Assembly (NCBI GenBank): GCA_965215015.1
Contig: OZ244042.1
Coordinates: forward strand, 1,088,001-1,152,000
Direction: 5' to 3'
Length of the DNA stretch: 64,000 nt
Source of the DNA: Candidatus Poribacteria bacterium
GTDB taxonomy: Bacteria > Poribacteria > WGA-4E > PCPOR2b
Shown in pieces: positions 61,422-64,000 of the stretch (positions within the stretch are counted from its first letter, which is position 1; each line of letters opens with the position of its first letter). A model generated the notes under the pieces. It made no database searches. It was not told where the DNA came from and was given only the letters and a program-made list of their open reading frames with translations. The position numbers and the translations under genes are program-made.

Positions 61422-62189
61422 CTATAACTTCCCACGCAGCACCAAACGATCTGTCATCGCCTCACCCTTACCATTAAGCGTACCGGTCGGCATATAGTGG
61501 ATGACCATCGCCCGACGCCTCCGCTGTGACCGATTTGGGTTGGTCTGATGTAGCATCAGACAGTGATGCACCATCCCGTACCCCGCTTTGAGAGGTACAG
61601 GTGCCCCCCGACCTTCATCCACATTTGCTTGCAGCAACGCGGGAAGTTTCCCTTTTTCTGATACCGCACGGTCGTGATCTGGGGCACTTTCCAAATGGCT
61701 GCCGGGAATAACGTTCATACATCCGTTCTCTGTATCGGCATCATCGAGTGCCATCCAGATACTCACGAGGTTGGACGGTGTACAGTGCCAGTATCCGTTG
61801 TCTTGATGCCACGGCACTTCGCCGCCGTGACGGGCAGGCTTACATAGGGCTTGATCGTGGAACAACTGGATATTAGGACCAATCAAGCTCTCGGCGATGT
61901 CCAACAACGGTTCATGATAGAGCAGCTTGCGGTACACCTCATCGTAACGCCACATTTCCATAATCTGTAGCATCTCCTCCGAACGGTCTGCGGTTTCGTC
62001 CTGCTCTGAGTCACCGACGAGAGCGAGGTTGCGTAGCCCTTCACCGGTTGTGCCACGTTTTTTCGCAAACAACACATCGTAACGTTCGCGCAGCAAATCG
62101 AGGTGATCATCTGCGATGAGGGGGTGTGAAATTTTGAGATACCCTTTCTCTTGAAACTGTTCGACCTGTTGTGCCGTGAGTTTCATCAT
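61422..62189 (-). CDS. Phytanoyl-CoA dioxygenase (PhyH) family Fe/2OG enzyme
   Basis: PWHQD, WMALDD..ENGC, distal H (MLHQT..N.S..RR). Confidence 0.92.
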   Translation of the reverse strand: MMKLTAQQVEQFQEKGYLKISHPLIADDHLDLLRERYDVLFAKKRGTTGEGLRNLALVGDSEQDETADRSEEMLQIMEMWRYDEVYRKLLYHEPLLDIAESLIGPNIQLFHDQALCKPARHGGEVPWHQDNGYWHCTPSNLVSIWMALDDADTENGCMNVIPGSHLESAPDHDRAVSEKGKLPALLQANVDEGRGAPVPLKAGYGMVHHCLMLHQTNPNRSQRRRRAMVIHYMPTGTLNGKGEAMTDRLVLRGKL

Positions 62190-62283
62190 GTTCTCCTTTA
62201 ATATTTCAATTTTGCTTTACGCGCACTCGTATTTGATGGTATACTTCGCATACAATAAGCTTTTGATTCCTAACGAGGTTGCT

Positions 62284-62378
62284 ATGAAAACACTAGCCGC
62301 ATGTTATATCTGCTTACCTTGCCGGGTGTGATGCAATTGTTGCTTATGATGGTCATTTTCAAGAAGCGACAGAATAGT
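62284..62378 (+). pseudogene. Possible PIN/VapC toxin C-terminal remnant
   Basis: RBS plus a short ATG ORF; an alternative frame reads LAGCDAIVAYDGHF, resembling the last PIN motif. Confidence 0.35.
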
Positions 62379-62392
62379 CTTCTCCGTGAATC

Positions 62393-63376
62393 TTACAACA
62401 TAACCGGCTCCCTAATCTCCGCTGACCGCTTCACCGCACGACAAATCGCCACCGCTTTCATGCCCGCTTCCCCACTTGCCCGCGGTTCGCTTCCCGTCTG
62501 AACGCACTCGATAAAATGCTCAATCTCTGCACGAAACGAATCAAAATTCGGGTAGTTTTCCTCCTGCAAAGCCTCCGGATCGTTTCGGAAAGCATAACGC
62601 AAAGTCTCCACGCGATCAAACCCGCCTGTCACCTCAGCGACGCCGTTTTCATTGGCGGCGTAGAAATCCTCAAATATAAATCCTCCCATCGAAACCATGC
62701 CTGCGTTGACAACTCCAAGCGCGCCGCTTTTGAAGCGTAGAGTAAACATCGCGCAATCAATCTGCGGCTTCCGGTGCGGCGCAAAGAATGTTCCACCTTC
62801 GGCATAAACCCGCTCAACATCTCCCATCAGAAAGCCCAGAATATCTGCGGCGTGCACGGCGTTTTCGAGAATCGGGCCGCCGCCATCGTCCTCTGCCCAG
62901 AACCAATCTTTGTTTGACATTCCCGGATGTGGATACCGATGGACCATGTACTGAATCGGGCCAAACTCATCTTCCGTTATTTCCTTCAAACGTCGGAGCG
63001 GTGGGACAAACCGTTTCTTATGCCCGATCTGCAAAATAACACCCGTTGATTTGCAGATATCAATCATCTCCTGACAATCCGCAACCGTGCTCGCCATCGG
63101 CTTCTCACACAGTACGTGCAGTCCACGTTCTGCCGCTGCACGGGTTAACGCCAGATGAATCTTCGGCGGTGTACAGATGCTGATTGCTGTCAGAGCCTCC
63201 GTATCCAGCATCTCCTCCGTGGAGGTATAACCCTTGACGCCGTACTGTGACGCGAAATCATCCGCGATTTGCGGGACAATGTCGCAGACGCTGACCAACT
63301 CCGCGTCAGAACTATTAGCCCACCGATCAACATGGGCGCGACCAACGCCCGCTAATCCAATTACTGCAACTTTCAT
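62393..63376 (-). CDS. Gfo/Idh/MocA family oxidoreductase
   Basis: VAVIGLAGVG, ICTPP..H, HVLCEKPMA, GGGPILENAVH. Confidence 0.93.
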   Translation of the reverse strand: MKVAVIGLAGVGRAHVDRWANSSDAELVSVCDIVPQIADDFASQYGVKGYTSTEEMLDTEALTAISICTPPKIHLALTRAAAERGLHVLCEKPMASTVADCQEMIDICKSTGVILQIGHKKRFVPPLRRLKEITEDEFGPIQYMVHRYPHPGMSNKDWFWAEDDGGGPILENAVHAADILGFLMGDVERVYAEGGTFFAPHRKPQIDCAMFTLRFKSGALGVVNAGMVSMGGFIFEDFYAANENGVAEVTGGFDRVETLRYAFRNDPEALQEENYPNFDSFRAEIEHFIECVQTGSEPRASGEAGMKAVAICRAVKRSAEIREPVML

Positions 63377-63539
63377 GCAATTCTCCTAGTATATTAGACC
63401 GTTTCTGAATAATTTTGTCACATCATCCGGGGGGATTGACGAGGGGGTACAGGAGTTCAGTAGTCTCTGTATGCCCTGTAGTTTAACAGAGGGGATTTGT
63501 AGAGTCAAGGCAAAGGAGGGTGAAATTGAACGATAAAAC

Positions 63540-63568
63540 TTGACAACACATAATGAATCTCATACACT
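63540..63568 (+). promoter_or_regulatory. sigma70 promoter TTGACA-N17-TACACT
   Basis: Hexamers read directly. Confidence 0.6.
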
Positions 63569-63615
63569 AAAGCCCGGCAGCCATTCTAAGTTGTTCATGG
63601 GAGGAGGCGTCTACA

Positions 63616-63849
63616 TTGATCTGTCCCAAATGCGGCGGTAAGGTACAAACGCTTAAAGACGAATCTGCATTTTGCCTAGATTGCGAATGGGATAATCTAG
63701 AGCAAATCCCCCAATCGGGGCAACGGGTGGATTGCAAGCATCTGTGGGTTTTACAGGTAAACCAAGCCGATGGAACATCGCAGTGGCGGTGTGTACACTG
63801 CTCTGAACGTCGTGATTTTCAAATGGCATTGATGTATCTCAGACCTTAG
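63616..63849 (+). CDS. Small zinc-ribbon protein
   Basis: CPKC, CLDC, CKH and CVHC; GGAGGAGG RBS before TTG; own promoter. Confidence 0.6.
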   Translation: MICPKCGGKVQTLKDESAFCLDCEWDNLEQIPQSGQRVDCKHLWVLQVNQADGTSQWRCVHCSERRDFQMALMYLRP

Positions 63850-63927
63850 CATAGACAAATGAGCAAACAAGTCAATCATCTTACACATTATATCTCACGT
63901 TTCTAAAGAGAATAGGGGGATTATTCT

Positions 63928-64000
63928 ATGGGGTTTTCACTAGCGGATAAGGTTGCCATTGTAGTTGGAAGTAGCAGTGGCATGGGAAGAGCAACTGCTA
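63928..64000 (+). CDS. SDR-family oxidoreductase, 5' part only
   Basis: MGFSLADKVAIVVGSSSGMGRATA, the Rossmann GxxxGxG motif; runs off the window. Confidence 0.8.
   Translation, partial: MGFSLADKVAIVVGSSSGMGRATA

Overview
The window spans the chromosomal replication origin of a diderm bacterium. Candidatus Poribacteria is the best inference, from the gene repertoire, a WGxIK-type C-terminal motif and the intergenic repeat style; this is not proven. The origin is bipartite, with DnaA boxes on both sides of dnaA and a DnaA-box/GC-spacer/DnaA-trio unwinding module before dnaN. Gene orientation flips there. The left arm is mostly on the minus strand: rpmH, ispH, rpsF-ssb-rpsR-rplI-dnaB-mlaEFD-radA-PIN/TRAM-ispD-ispF-cysS-lipoproteins-dprA. 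The right arm is mostly on the plus strand: dnaA-dnaN-recF-dciA-gyrB-cupin-gyrA, then ftsH, folP, a PorV-like barrel, yigZ, a gcvH-like gene and an ABC-F. The first ~16 kb is accessory: mqnC, a divergent quinol-type NO reductase, a TPR-transglutaminase lipoprotein and several pseudogenes. Intergenic DNA holds a modular MITE/REP-like repeat system and IS200/IS605 (tnpB) relics. The strongest leads are: (1) a qNor with all metal ligands but substituted quinol-site and proton-path residues; (2) a GcvH homologue lacking the lipoyl-lysine, with an acidic tail; (3) a three-gene MlaEFD whose MlaD appears to end in a beta-barrel; (4) composite elements with shared termini and interchangeable hairpin cargo; (5) heptamer repeats read into the N-termini of secreted proteins. 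I saw no CRISPR array, rRNA or tRNA. All calls rest on motif recognition by eye; no searches were run.
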